Positions 17,867 to 30,334 are shown, numbered from the stretch's first letter. The stretch: 64,000 nucleotides of DNA from Candidatus Eiseniibacteriota bacterium (GCA_963823555.1 CAWGMA010000003.1:128001-192000), one strand, 5' to 3'. Notes: generated by a model not told the origin, from the sequence alone. Translations and numbers: made by a program.

Positions 17867-18880
17867 ATGAAGCGATTCCTAATGGTTCTGTGTACGGGAT
17901 TGCTTTTTGTAACGGCATCCGCAGTGGCTCTGGAGAGCACCTCCAACGTGTTCGAGCCTCCCATCAAGGATGTGCTGCCGCCGGGACCGCCCAGTGGTAC
18001 GCCTGATACCGGCGGTGAGACGATCGCGACTGCGACGGTCATCCCCTCGCTGCCCTACAGCGATGGGGACAACACCTGCGGTCACACGCAGGACTACGTC
18101 GCCAGCTGCGCGGCCAATGCGGCGCCCGATCTCTTCTACGTGTACAATCCGGCCACGACTTCGAACGTCATCATCTCCCTCTGTGGTTCGGGCTACGACA
18201 CCGCTCTCTACGTTCTCGAGAACGGCGTCGAGATCGCCTGCAACGACGACTTCTGCGGACTCCAGTCCGAGCTGGCCGTCACCTTCACCGCCGGCCGGAC
18301 CTACCACATCGGCGTCAGCGGCTTCTCCACGAGCTGCGGGTCCTACGTCATGAACATCACGGAGCTCGTCCCCTGCATCCCGTCCTGCCCGCCAGGCGTC
18401 CAGGTCGAGGGCGAGCCGGTCTGCGGCACGGACTACGTCGACAACTACAACGGTGGCTGCAACTCGACGCCGAACATCTTCCAGCCGGTTGAGTGCGGGA
18501 CGATCTGCGGCGAGACGGGCACCTACCTCTTCCAGGGCGGAAGCTACCGTGACACCGACTGGTACTCGATCACCGTCGGCGCCGGCACCTTCAACTACAG
18601 CGGTATCGGTGACGGCTACACGCTCCGCCTGTTCGTGGGCACGATCGGCGACTGCGTCAACTACCTGAGCACGACCACCGCGCCGTCCTGCGTCCAGTCC
18701 TCGAACCTGACCTTCAATGGCCCCGGGAGCTTCTGGCTCTGGGCCGGTCCGGATGTCTTCTCGGGCGTTCCCTGCGGCTCGAAGTACATCCTGACCCTCA
18801 CCGGCCCCGGCATTCCGGACTGCGGTGCGACTGCGGTCGAGCCGTCGACCTGGGGCAACGTGAAGGCCTTCTACCGCTAG
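17867..18880 (+). CDS. Secreted Cys-rich protein with PPC-like beta-sandwich domain(s) and C-terminal 'STWGNVKAFYR' tail
   Basis: GGAGG then ATG 17867 (MKRFLMVLCTGLLFVTASAVA signal peptide); 'YDTALYV..ACNDDFCGLQSEL' segment shared with 59132..59638. Confidence 0.8.
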   Translation: MKRFLMVLCTGLLFVTASAVALESTSNVFEPPIKDVLPPGPPSGTPDTGGETIATATVIPSLPYSDGDNTCGHTQDYVASCAANAAPDLFYVYNPATTSNVIISLCGSGYDTALYVLENGVEIACNDDFCGLQSELAVTFTAGRTYHIGVSGFSTSCGSYVMNITELVPCIPSCPPGVQVEGEPVCGTDYVDNYNGGCNSTPNIFQPVECGTICGETGTYLFQGGSYRDTDWYSITVGAGTFNYSGIGDGYTLRLFVGTIGDCVNYLSTTTAPSCVQSSNLTFNGPGSFWLWAGPDVFSGVPCGSKYILTLTGPGIPDCGATAVEPSTWGNVKAFYR

Positions 18881-18912
18881 ATCGCATCCCGCAAGGGGTG
18901 ATTGGCTGAACC

Positions 18913-18951
18913 GAAGGCGGGCGCCGGCAACGGCGCCCGCCTTCTGCCTTT
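18913..18951 (+). terminator. Intrinsic terminator hairpin
   Basis: Perfect 14-bp stem GAAGGCGGGCGCCG / GCAA loop / CGGCGCCCGCCTTC, then TGCCTTT. Confidence 0.8.
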
Positions 18952-19127
18952 GGAGCCTGGGCGCGCGCCCAGGCCGAGCACCGGCCCGAAGACAGGTGAT
19001 GCACGGGACCCCGGGTCGCGCTATGCTTGATGGTGCGAGCCTGGCGGGCGCCTCCCCGGCGCTCCCGCTTATCCCACCAGCACCTACGCCCGCCGTTCCC
19101 GCTGGAGAACGCGCAGAGGACATACCC

Positions 19128-21407
19128 ATGCTTCGCAGGTTGACGACGACGCTCTGTGCCGCCCTGATCCTGGGCTCCGGTCTCTCCATTCTCGCGGCGA
19201 GCCCGGCCGGCGCCGCTTCGCCCCTCTGGTCTGACATGTCCCTGGCCGCCATCGCTCCTACCGGAGAGCGGGACATCGTGCCTGAGCAGTACCGAGTGCT
19301 CGCCCTGGATGTCGAGGCGCTGCGCGCGTTGCTCGCGCGCACCCCGCTCGAGAGCGCCGCGCCGGTGGGGGAGGGCACCGAGATCGAGCTGCCGCTTCCC
19401 GACGGTCGCTCCGGCCGTTTCCAGATCGTCGAGTCGCCGGTCATGCACCCGGATCTGGGGGCGCAGTATCCCGAGATCCGCACCTACTCCGGCCGCGGCC
19501 TCGATGACGCCACGGCCACCGTCCGTCTGGATCTCACGCCGGCCGGCTTCCACGCCCTCATCCTGGCCGCCGGTGGCTCGATCTACATCGATCCCCTGCA
19601 GAGGAGCGATGTGACCCACTACCAGAGCTACTGGAAGCGGGACTTCGTCTCGGACCGGGGTCTGGGCTGCACGTTGCTCGATGAGGACAACATGGCGGCC
19701 GAGATCGCGGCCCTCGTCGCCGCTACCGGCGGCGCCCAGCGTTCGGGCACGCAGCTTCGCACCTACCGCACCGCCGTCGCCGCCACCGGCGAGTACACGA
19801 TCTTCCACGGCGGGACGGTGGCTCTGGGCCTCGCCGCGGTGACGACCGCGATGAACCGGGTCACCGGGGTCTACGAGCGCGAGGTCTCGATCCGCATGGA
19901 GCTCGTTTCCAACAACAACCTCATCATCTACACCAACCCGAGCACCGATCCCTACACCAACAATGACGGATTCACCATGCTCGGCCAGAACCAGACGAAC
20001 CTCGACGCGGTGATCGGGAGCGCCAACTACGACATCGGGCACGTGTTCTCGACGGGTGGGGGCGGGGTGGCCTCGCTGGGTGTCGTGTGCCGCTCCGGGC
20101 TCAAGGCCCGCGGCGTGACCGGGCTGCCACAGCCCACCGGCGATCCGTTCTACATCGACTATGTCGCCCATGAGATAGGCCATCAGTACGGTGGCAACCA
20201 CAGCTTCAACGGCAACGCCGGGGCTTGCGCCGGCGGCAATCGCAATGCCTCGACCGCGTACGAGCCGGGGAGCGGGTCGACGATCATGGCCTACGCCGGG
20301 ATCTGCAGCCCGCAGAATCTGCAGCTCCACAGCGACGACTACTTCCACTGGATCAACATCCAGGAGATCGTCAACTACTCGACCATCGGATCGGGCAACA
20401 GCTGTCCCGTGACCACCGCGACCGGCGTCCTCGAGCCGGTCGTCGAGGCCGGTACCGGCGGGTTCACGATTCCCCTGCGCACGCCCTTCGTGCTGACCGC
20501 CTCGGCGACCACCACCGGAACCCCGACCTACTGCTGGGAGGAATCCGACCTCGGGCCGGCGGGAGCGCCGAGCTCGCCGTCCGGCAACGCGCCCATCTTC
20601 CGCTCGTTCGACCCGGTGGCGAGTCCATCGCGCACTTTCCCCAAGCTGAGCGACATCATCTTCAATACGCAGACGATCGGCGAGATCCTGCCCACGTACG
20701 CCCGCAACCTGTCGTTCAGGGTCACCGTGCGTGACTTCCAGGTGGGCGGCGTCGGTGTGGCGAACGATCAGATCTCCTTTGCCGTGTCCTCCGCGGGGCC
20801 CTTCCTCGTCACCGCGCCGAACACCGCGGTGCAGTGGCCGGGTGGTACTCAGCAGGCGGTCAGCTGGGATGTCGCGGGCACCAATGTGGCGCCGATCAGC
20901 TGCCAGACCGTGAACATCCTCCTCTCGACCGACGCCGGGAACAACTTCAACACCGTGCTCGTTTCCGGAACGCCGAATGACGGCACGGAGAACGTCGTCG
21001 TCCCCAACATCCCCACGACCTTCGCGCGCATCAAGGTGGAGGCGGCGGACAACATCTTCTTCGACATGTCGAACGCGAACTTCCAGATCCTGGCCTCGAC
21101 CGCCGTCACCGAGACCGCGGCCGCACCGGCCGGGCTCGCCCTGCACGCCAACCGCCCGAACCCGTTCAATCCGGTGACGACCCTGAGCTTCGACCTGCCG
21201 GTGGCAGGTCACGCTACGCTCAAGGTGTACGACTCGAGTGGGAGGCTGGTGCGAACGCTCGTCGACGGCACGATCGCTGCGGGACAGCACGCCGCGGTCT
21301 GGGATGGCACCGATCAAGCAGGCCGGGCCGTGGGGTCGGGGATCTACCTCTACGAGCTACGCGCCGCCGGCCGGACCCTCACCGGCCGCATGACGCTCGT
21401 CAAGTAA
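19128..21407 (+). CDS. Secreted reprolysin-like (M12B) zinc metallopeptidase with Ig-like domains and FlgD-Ig/T9SS-type CTD
   Basis: HEIGHQYGGNH zinc motif; Met-turn 'GSTIMAYAG'; CTD 'NRPNPFNPVTTLSF..VYDSSGRLVRTL..WDGTD..GSGIYLY..RMTLVK'. Confidence 0.93.
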   Translation: MLRRLTTTLCAALILGSGLSILAASPAGAASPLWSDMSLAAIAPTGERDIVPEQYRVLALDVEALRALLARTPLESAAPVGEGTEIELPLPDGRSGRFQIVESPVMHPDLGAQYPEIRTYSGRGLDDATATVRLDLTPAGFHALILAAGGSIYIDPLQRSDVTHYQSYWKRDFVSDRGLGCTLLDEDNMAAEIAALVAATGGAQRSGTQLRTYRTAVAATGEYTIFHGGTVALGLAAVTTAMNRVTGVYEREVSIRMELVSNNNLIIYTNPSTDPYTNNDGFTMLGQNQTNLDAVIGSANYDIGHVFSTGGGGVASLGVVCRSGLKARGVTGLPQPTGDPFYIDYVAHEIGHQYGGNHSFNGNAGACAGGNRNASTAYEPGSGSTIMAYAGICSPQNLQLHSDDYFHWINIQEIVNYSTIGSGNSCPVTTATGVLEPVVEAGTGGFTIPLRTPFVLTASATTTGTPTYCWEESDLGPAGAPSSPSGNAPIFRSFDPVASPSRTFPKLSDIIFNTQTIGEILPTYARNLSFRVTVRDFQVGGVGVANDQISFAVSSAGPFLVTAPNTAVQWPGGTQQAVSWDVAGTNVAPISCQTVNILLSTDAGNNFNTVLVSGTPNDGTENVVVPNIPTTFARIKVEAADNIFFDMSNANFQILASTAVTETAAAPAGLALHANRPNPFNPVTTLSFDLPVAGHATLKVYDSSGRLVRTLVDGTIAAGQHAAVWDGTDQAGRAVGSGIYLYELRAAGRTLTGRMTLVK

Positions 21408-21490
21408 ACGCCGCCGGCCGCTGCGGCGGCCGGGCTGGTCCTAAGCGGGGCGTCCGGCTCATGCCGGCGCCCCGCAGGTGTTTGGAGCGG

Positions 21491-23299
21491 TCAGCTCTTC
21501 AAGCTCCACTTCGGCCGCTGCTGGCGAGAGAGGACGCGCTTGCGGAGCCGGATCGCGCTCGGCGTCACCTCGACGAGCTCGTCCTCGGCGATGAAGGCGA
21601 GGGATTCCTCGAGCCCCATCTGGTGCGGCGGGATCAGGCGGATCGTCTCCTCACCGGTCGAGGAGCGGATGTTGGTGAGCTTCTTCTCCTTGGCGGCGTT
21701 GACGTCGAGATCGCCGGGGCGGGAGTGCTCGCCGACGACGAGACCTTCGTAGAGCGGCATCCCCGCCCCGATGAAGAGAACGCCACGGTCCTGCAAGTGC
21801 TCGAGGGCGTACGCGGTCGAGGGACCGGGTCGATCGGCGACCAGGGACCCCGTCGAACGGGCGGGGATCGGTCCCGCCCACGGCTGGTAGCCGGCAAAGA
21901 GCCGGTTCAGGATTCCCGTGCCGCGAGTGTCGGTGAGGAACTCGCTCCGGAAGCCGATGAGTCCCCGGGCGGGGATGATGAACGTCATGCGCACCCGCCC
22001 GGTGCCATGGTTCACCATTCCGGACAGCCGTCCCTTGCGAGAGGAGAGCTTCTGCGTCACGACACCGATGAATTCCTCGGGGCAGTCGACGTACAGCTCC
22101 TCGTAAGGCTCATGCTTCTGCCCGTTGATCTCCTTCAAGATGACCTCGGGCTTCCCGGCGGCGAGCTCGAAACCTTCCCGGCGCATCATCTCGATCAGGA
22201 TGGCGAGCTGGAGCTCGCCCCGCCCCTGGACCTCGAAGGAGTCCGCCGTCGCGGTCGGCAGCACGCGGATCGAGACGTTGATGCGGTCTTCATGCTCGAG
22301 GCGCTCCCGCAGATGGCGGGAGGTGAGAAAGCGCCCCTCGCGGCCGGCGAGGGGGGATGAGTTGACCGAGAACACCATCGAGACGGTCGGCTCCTCGACC
22401 GTGATCGGTGGCACGGCGACCGGCTCGAGCGCATCGGCGATGGTCTCGCCGATGTCGATGCCGTCGATGCCGGCGATGGCGCACAGGTCGCCGGCCGGCA
22501 CCTCGGCGGTTTCCACGCGCTTCAGTCCGTCGAAGGTATAGAGCATGGTGATCTTGGCCGGTACGATCGAGCCGTCGAGCTTGACGAGCGCCACCGGATC
22601 CCCGCGACGCAGCACCCCGGCGTGCACCCGGCCAATGACCAGGCGGCCGACGTAGTCGTTGTAGTCGAGACTTGCGATCTGGAACTGGAGGGGGCGGGAA
22701 ACATCGGCTTGCGGTGGCGGGATGTGATCGATGATGAGATCGAAGAAGGGCCTCAAGTCGGTGCCCGTGCGGTTCGGATCGAGGGTGGCCGTGCCGGTGC
22801 GCGCGTTGGTGTAGACGAGTGGGAAGTCGAGCTGATCCTCGGTGGCATCGAGGTCGATGAAGAGCGAGTAGACCTCGTCGACGACGGCGGCGATCCGGGC
22901 ATCGGGGCGGTCGATCTTGTTGATGACAACCACCAGCGGCAACCGATCGGCGAGCACCTTGCCGAGGACGAAGCGGGTCTGTGGCAGCGGGCCCTCGGAG
23001 GCGTCGACGAGGAGCATCGCTCCGTCCACCATCTTGAGCGTGCGCTCGACCTCGCCACCGAAGTCGGCGTGGCCGGGCGTATCCACGATGTTGATCTTGG
23101 TATCGCGATAATGGACCGCCGTGTTCTTGGCCAGGATGGTGATGCCGCGTTCGCGCTCGAGGTCGATCGAATCCATGACTCGATCCACCACGGCCTGTCC
23201 TTCGCGGAATATCCCACTCTGCCTGAGCATCGCGTCGACAAGGGTGGTCTTGCCATGGTCGACATGGGCGACGATGGCGACGTTACGAATTGCATCCAT
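21491..23299 (-). CDS. typA: Translational GTPase TypA/BipA
   Basis: [55 protein letters not shown] and C-terminal '[15 protein letters not shown]'. Confidence 0.98.
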   Translation of the reverse strand: MDAIRNVAIVAHVDHGKTTLVDAMLRQSGIFREGQAVVDRVMDSIDLERERGITILAKNTAVHYRDTKINIVDTPGHADFGGEVERTLKMVDGAMLLVDASEGPLPQTRFVLGKVLADRLPLVVVINKIDRPDARIAAVVDEVYSLFIDLDATEDQLDFPLVYTNARTGTATLDPNRTGTDLRPFFDLIIDHIPPPQADVSRPLQFQIASLDYNDYVGRLVIGRVHAGVLRRGDPVALVKLDGSIVPAKITMLYTFDGLKRVETAEVPAGDLCAIAGIDGIDIGETIADALEPVAVPPITVEEPTVSMVFSVNSSPLAGREGRFLTSRHLRERLEHEDRINVSIRVLPTATADSFEVQGRGELQLAILIEMMRREGFELAAGKPEVILKEINGQKHEPYEELYVDCPEEFIGVVTQKLSSRKGRLSGMVNHGTGRVRMTFIIPARGLIGFRSEFLTDTRGTGILNRLFAGYQPWAGPIPARSTGSLVADRPGPSTAYALEHLQDRGVLFIGAGMPLYEGLVVGEHSRPGDLDVNAAKEKKLTNIRSSTGEETIRLIPPHQMGLEESLAFIAEDELVEVTPSAIRLRKRVLSRQQRPKWSLKS

Positions 23300-23369
23300 G
23301 CGCGGGAGTGTAGCATGCTGCCTCTGCTGGCAAGATCTGCCAGGGGCCGCGTGCCGGGAGAGTTCGCCT

Positions 23370-24164
23370 CTAGCGCGCTAAACTTCCCGGCTGTGGGTTT
23401 CGAGTGGAAGATGTCGTCGTTGCCGCCGCCCGCGGCCTGCCGCCGGCGCCCAGGAAGGGCGACTCGAGCAACCAGGCGGCGTCCGGATAATAGGCGAAGA
23501 CAAGCGAGCCCTGCTTGATGGTGTCGATCAGGTCGCGGGCGACGTCGAGACTGAGCGCCGGACAACCCCAGCTGCGCCCCAGCCGCCCCAGCGCTCCCGC
23601 TGTCTCGGAGCTGACGTAGGGAGCGCCGTGCATGACGATTGCGCGCTCGAGAGCCTGGTCGTTGATGCCGGGTTCGAGGCCCTGCATGCGCAGCGAGTAG
23701 CCGTTTCTGCCGACATAGGTGTCGAGCGTCAAGAACAGGCCCAGACTCGACTGATGGCTCCCCGGCCGGTTCGAGAAGCGCGTTGCGTGGTTCTCTCCGC
23801 TGCCGCGACCATGTGCCACCAGTTCCGCGAACAGGACCTGCCTGCGGTCGAGGTCGAGCACCCAGAGTCGCTGTTCCGTCGACGGGCGGGAATAGTCGAT
23901 GACCGTGAGCAGCGATGGGTTCTCGACAGCGACCGTACCACGGGCCTCGGCCGCCGCTTCGAGCGCGAGTTGCAGCACGTGGAGGTCGGGACCCGGAGCG
24001 GAGGAGAAGTCGGGGGCCTTGACGGCGCGACCCGGGGTCGCCAGACCGGGAAGGGATGAGATCAAGACGGACCCGATGACGGCGAGGGAGAGAAGCGAGG
24101 CTCTGCCGGCCGGAAGCGAGTGCCGGGAGCGCGTGATCCAGCCGTGGGCGGTCCGTCCTCTCAC
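23370..24164 (-). CDS. Murein L,D-transpeptidase catalytic-domain protein (YkuD_2 family)
   Basis: [41 protein letters not shown] and GRSWGCPA. Start estimated at GTG 24164 (track gives 24305). Confidence 0.9.
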   Translation of the reverse strand: MRGRTAHGWITRSRHSLPAGRASLLSLAVIGSVLISSLPGLATPGRAVKAPDFSSAPGPDLHVLQLALEAAAEARGTVAVENPSLLTVIDYSRPSTEQRLWVLDLDRRQVLFAELVAHGRGSGENHATRFSNRPGSHQSSLGLFLTLDTYVGRNGYSLRMQGLEPGINDQALERAIVMHGAPYVSSETAGALGRLGRSWGCPALSLDVARDLIDTIKQGSLVFAYYPDAAWLLESPFLGAGGRPRAAATTTSSTRNPQPGSLAR

Positions 24165-24538
24165 CGAGTCTGTTCTCCGCTGATCCTCTCGGCCGATGGG
24201 GCAGGAAACCCGGGTGGGGGCAGAAGAAGCTGGGAGTATAGCGATGGCCGGGCCCCAAAGCCAGAGCCGCCCGGGAGGGCACCGCCCTGATGGGTGATTC
24301 GGCAATTCGCTGTCAGAGCTTGAGTTGTCCGGCCGCTACGGGTCGGCACCCTCGAGGCTGCATCGCCCGGCCGGAGGTTGGAATCAGGAGAGGAGCAAGA
24401 GAAGGGCGCCCCGCCGCCGCGTTCGCGAGGGCCGCACTCGCGAAGATTCGGCTGGCAGGGCGCCGTCATTGAGCCGGGATCATAGGTCATCCGCGGCTCC
24501 CTGTCGAGCCCGATTCAGTCCTGTCCGGTCGTCCTCCG

Positions 24539-26133
<1,595 letters not shown>

Positions 26134-26134
<1 letters not shown>

Positions 26135-27282
26135 TACTCACCTCCTGGGTCGGGCCGGAGCCCCATGAGCTCCTCGAGCTTGTCGAGAACCTCGCTCACC
26201 TCGGGCAGCACGCCCCCGACGCGCCCGTAGAAGTGGACCGGGGCGAGGCTGCCGGCCGCGAGCCGTACATCTTCGACCATTTGACCGGTTGAGAGCTCGA
26301 CCGTGAGCAGGAATCGTGATTGCTCGGCGAGCTCGGCCAGGGGTTCGGAGGGGAAGGGCCAGAGCGTGATGGGCCGGAAGAGGCCGACGCGGATGCCCCG
26401 TTCGCGGGCGATGTCGACCACGCTCTGCATGAGACGGGCGACGATCCCGTAGGCGACGATCGCGACCTCGGCGTCCTCGGCGCGGTAGGTCGTCCAGCGC
26501 GTCTCCTTGAGCTCGATCTCGTCGTACTTCCGCTTGAGGTGTCGGATGTGGTCCTCGAGCTCGTGGTGGTCGAGGTGGATCGACGAGATCAGATTGTGCA
26601 TCGACGCGGCGTCACCGCGCACAGCCCACTCGGGATCGCCCGGGGGCAGCTTCGGCTCGGGAAGGGTCACGGGCTCCATCATCTGCCCGATGGTGCCGTC
26701 CGCGATGACACAGACCGGATTGCGGTACTGGTCGGCCAGCTCGAACGCGAGCATCGTGAAGTCGCACATCTCCTGCGCCGACGCCGGAGCCAGCACGATG
26801 ACGCGATAGTTGCCGTGTCCCCCGCCCTTGACCATCTGGAAGTAGTCAGCCTGCTCGGGCCCGATGTTGCCGAGGCCGGGGCCGCCGCGCATGATGTCGA
26901 TGAGCACGAGCGGCAGCTCCGATCCGGCGGCGTAGGAGATGCCCTCCTGCTTCAGGCTGATGCCGGGGCTCGAGGAGGCGGTCATCGTCCGGACCCCCGC
27001 TGCCGAAGCCCCGTACACCATGTTGATCGCCGCGGTCTCGCTCTCGGCCTGGATGAACGTGCCGCCCACCAGCGGCAGCAGCCGAGCCGCCTCATGGGCG
27101 ATCTCGCTCGCCGGGGTGATCGGATAACCGAAATAGCAGCGACAACCGGCGAGCACGGCGCCGCGGACTGCCGCTTCATTGCCCTTGATCAGGATCGTGG
27201 GTTGGGAGGAAGCGCGCCCGGCCGCTGGCTTCGGGTCCGACGAGGGAGCGGCGCCCGTCGGGGGAGTGGTGGTTGCGGTCAT
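26134..27282 (-). CDS. vorB: 2-oxoacid:ferredoxin oxidoreductase alpha subunit (VorB-like)
   Basis: [33 protein letters not shown] and [11 protein letters not shown] 27282 overlaps the upstream stop. Confidence 0.92.
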
Positions 27283-27569
27283 CGCTTCTCCTCCTCGCGT
27301 CGATAGACGGAGATCGTCCCCGGCTCGGGGCAAACATAGAAGCAGATCGCACAGCCCGTGCACCCCGAGCCCGAATAGATGGCCGGGTGATAGCCGTGCG
27401 CATTGAACCCATCGGAAAGCGAGATCACCTTCGGCGGGCAGAAGACCACGCAGAGCGAGCAACCCTTGCACAGCTCCTGGTCGATGGCCACGAGACCGCG
27501 ATCCCCGGCAGGGATCTCTGGCTCGCTATGCTTGCCGACCGGGACTGCGGGTGAAGTCGAATGCACCAT
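27279..27569 (-). CDS. 2x[4Fe-4S] ferredoxin, oxidoreductase delta subunit
   Basis: [12 protein letters not shown] and [13 protein letters not shown]. Confidence 0.93.
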   Translation of the reverse strand: MVHSTSPAVPVGKHSEPEIPAGDRGLVAIDQELCKGCSLCVVFCPPKVISLSDGFNAHGYHPAIYSGSGCTGCAICFYVCPEPGTISVYRREEEKR

Positions 27570-27585
27570 ATTCTTCTCCTCCGGC

Positions 27586-28086
27586 CTAGGCGGTTCCGGC
27601 CGAGTGCGATTCGGCCTGGCCTTCCTGTCCTACCGGATGTGGCTCCTTCACCACGAAGACCGAGCAATGGGCTAGCCGGACCACCTTCTCCGCGGTCGAA
27701 CCGAGAACCAGGTGAGCAAGGCCCCGCCGGCCATGAGTTCCCAGGATGATGAGATCAGCCCCTTCCTCCCCCGCGGCTGCCAGGATCTCCTCCGCGGCGA
27801 AGCCGACACGCACGCTGACCGTGGCCTCGACGCCGGCCGCGAAGGCCGTGGCCGCGATGCGCTCCAGGCGTCCCGTCGCGCCTTCGCGGGCCCGCGCGTA
27901 GTAGTCATCATAGGTACGCTGGTCCACGAACACCGGGGTTGCATAGGCATTGACCTGGGGCAAGACATGCAGGAGGACGAGTCGCGAGCGCTTCATGCGC
28001 GCCCATTCGATCGCCCAGCCTGCGATCGCCTCGCACGGTTCGCCCACGTCGAGCGGAACGAGAATGGTGGCGATCGTCGCGAACAT
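27586..28086 (-). CDS. Universal stress protein (UspA family)
   Basis: TILVPLD, LLHV and [42 protein letters not shown] before ATG 28086. Confidence 0.93.
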   Translation of the reverse strand: MFATIATILVPLDVGEPCEAIAGWAIEWARMKRSRLVLLHVLPQVNAYATPVFVDQRTYDDYYARAREGATGRLERIAATAFAAGVEATVSVRVGFAAEEILAAAGEEGADLIILGTHGRRGLAHLVLGSTAEKVVRLAHCSVFVVKEPHPVGQEGQAESHSAGTA

Positions 28087-28475
28087 GTCTTCTCTCCCAG
28101 GACCTCGTGCTCGCCAGCACCGGGGGCGACGTCGGTACCGGCCGCGCACAAGAGAGGGGCGGGCAACCCGTGGTTATTCAGGGCAAAAAGGAGTCCAACG
28201 GCCGGATCGACCCGGCATCGAATGCAGCCCATATCATTATGTAAAATATAGAGTTGTAGCTGACCTTGGATGGCGACCTGACCGGCTCGGTTTTGTCGGC
28301 CGCCATGGTCGGACATTATGTCCGGTATGGAAAATCGGCCGTGGACACGGGGTCGACTGCTGATGCGGATGGCGAGCGGGGGCCCGACTCTGGTTTCCTG
28401 CACCGTGGCACGTTGCTTCCGTGACATGCGGATACAGCAGTCCGCCCGTGCCTCCACCCTGGGGAGGAAACCGCC

Positions 28476-28787
28476 GTGCGTGACCAGGACCAGATTCTCA
28501 AGGATCGGGAGAGCGAGGTCCTCGATCGGTTCCGCGCGAACCTGGATCGCGGCCACCTCAGCCCGCACTTCAAGACGCGCCCTCTCGATCACGAGTGGGT
28601 GGATCGGGATCATCTTCTCGTCCACCTGAACGATGTCGAACAGATCACGGAGATGGAGATCCGATCTCTTCAGGAGGCGCTCGTGGTCCAGAGCTCCTGG
28701 ACGATCGTGCCGCAGCACCTGAACCGTATGCGGATCAGCTTCCTCTGCCAGCTGGCGACCCGGCCACCTCGGGATCCGACCCGGTAG
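28476..28787 (+). CDS. Small hypothetical protein (103 aa)
   Basis: GGGGAGGA RBS before GTG; protein-like composition unlike the Arg/Pro-rich shadow ORFs; no family recognised. Confidence 0.55.
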   Translation: MRDQDQILKDRESEVLDRFRANLDRGHLSPHFKTRPLDHEWVDRDHLLVHLNDVEQITEMEIRSLQEALVVQSSWTIVPQHLNRMRISFLCQLATRPPRDPTR

Positions 28788-29053
28788 CAGCTTGCAGCGT
28801 CGGGATTCGGGCTCCGGACGCGCAAGGCAAAGGAGAGGGCCGGGTGGCCAGAGGCAGCCACCCGGCCCATGTTCCGGCCGTGAGACGGTCCCGGTCGTCC
28901 CACGGGCCGGCAGCGCACGCTACTGGCGTAGCGTCGCGCCCTTGGGTGCCAGGCCCCCCGACCCGACACCCTAGTTGGAGCGCGGTCCCGGTCGCGCTCC
29001 TAAGACTCTATCCGTTCCCCCTGTCGGCCCTGTTTCAGCGGACCGGCTTCAGT

Positions 29054-29521
29054 TCACCCCTGCTGCCAGATTTCATTGCTCCGGCGCGAGTTCTGGATCA
29101 GCGCCAGCACCGCCAGCAAGGCCCGAAGGGCATCGCTTTCAGAGAAGATCCCCACGATCTCGTCGCCCGCCAGGACCGGCAGCGCACCCACCTGATGGTC
29201 CACCAGGAGCCTGGTGGCATCGGCCAGACTCGTGTGTGGGCCGACCACCAGCGGCTTCTGCGTCATGATCTGTCGGACAGCGATGCGATTGAGCTGGGCT
29301 TCGGTCTCCTTGTCGCCCGGGGGTGCCATCATGGATGGCCAGATGGTTCGCAGGTCGCGATCGGAGACGATCCCGATCACGCGTCCTTGCTCCACCACGG
29401 GAAGGTGCCGGAAGCCCCCTGCATCCATCAGCCGACGGGCTTCCAGGACCGTACACGCGGGACCTGCCGTCTCGGGCGCCGGGGTCATCCATTCCTGGAC
29501 TTCGAACCGGGATACTGGCAT
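29054..29521 (-). CDS. Tandem CBS-domain protein (AcuB-like)
   Basis: VQEWMT..RHLPVVEQGRVIGIVSDRD and VRQIMT..GALPVLAGDEIVGIFSESD. Confidence 0.9.
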   Translation of the reverse strand: MPVSRFEVQEWMTPAPETAGPACTVLEARRLMDAGGFRHLPVVEQGRVIGIVSDRDLRTIWPSMMAPPGDKETEAQLNRIAVRQIMTQKPLVVGPHTSLADATRLLVDHQVGALPVLAGDEIVGIFSESDALRALLAVLALIQNSRRSNEIWQQG

Positions 29522-29800
29522 TCGAACGCTCCAGGAGAGCCACGCCGGGGCGCTCCAACGAAGTCCCTTGAGGCAGAGCGCAGACCAACCTGCCGCCTCT
29601 GGCGGGTGCAGTCCGTAGTCCTTTCCCTGGCAGGCCCCGTGCCGAAAAGGATGCAGTCATGATAAATATGTAACTTATTGTCATTTCAATGGTAATGGGC
29701 TTGACGCAGGCGAAAGGAGGCCATTCTTGCGGACAAACTGTCGACGCGCCAGGTGGTTGCCCGGCCATGTCGTCACCGTCGAGGGCGTACGGCCCCGGGA

Positions 29801-30334
29801 TCAAGGAGACAGGGGGGTGGTGCCCGGAGAGGGATAGGGTGGGATGTGGACCCGGCGGTCCCGGTCGGCCACGACCAGGTGGGCGGAGTCGCCCCAGGAG
29901 TGAGGGATGTTCGCGGTGTCGAAGGGGTACCGCCCCTCGTCTTCCGGGTCGTAGGTCCGACTCGTGATGTAGAAGAGGTGGGCCTGCGGGCTCTTCACCT
30001 TGCAGCCGTGGGCTACCCCGGGGGGAATTCGCAGGATCTGAGGGGCCGCCTCCTTGAGCCGGAACTGCATGAGGGTGCGATGCGTGGGGCTCGACGAACG
30101 AAGATCCCACAGCGCCACGTCCAGCTCACCGATGGCGACGTACCACCAATCCACCTGCCGATGATGGAAGTGCCAAGCCTTGACCACGTTCTCCGCCATG
30201 AGGCTGTGGCTCCACTGGGCAAATCCCTCCTGGAAGAAGGGATCGCTGGCGCGGATGAGCTCACGGAAGAAGCCGCGAGTATCGGGATGGGTGACCAGGG
30301 ACTTGAACTCGACGCCTTGAATCATGCGGGTCAT
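29801..30334 (-). CDS. dTDP-4-dehydrorhamnose 3,5-epimerase-family (RmlC-like) cupin
   Basis: HPDTRGFFRE, VVKAWHFH, LWDLRSSSPT and RIPPGVAHG; start 30334 or 30325 inside track ORF 29801..30973. Confidence 0.85.
   Translation of the reverse strand: MTRMIQGVEFKSLVTHPDTRGFFRELIRASDPFFQEGFAQWSHSLMAENVVKAWHFHHRQVDWWYVAIGELDVALWDLRSSSPTHRTLMQFRLKEAAPQILRIPPGVAHGCKVKSPQAHLFYITSRTYDPEDEGRYPFDTANIPHSWGDSAHLVVADRDRRVHIPPYPSPGTTPLSP

Noticed and set aside
28406..28420. Sigma-54 promoter-like TGGCACGTTGCTTCC upstream of the orphan ORF
   Set aside because: The -24 element matches, but the -12 reads TTCC instead of TTGC, losing the near-invariant G.
29701..29714. FNR/CRP-like site TTGACGCAGGCGAA
   Set aside because: Only the left half-site fits; it could equally be a -35 hexamer or chance.
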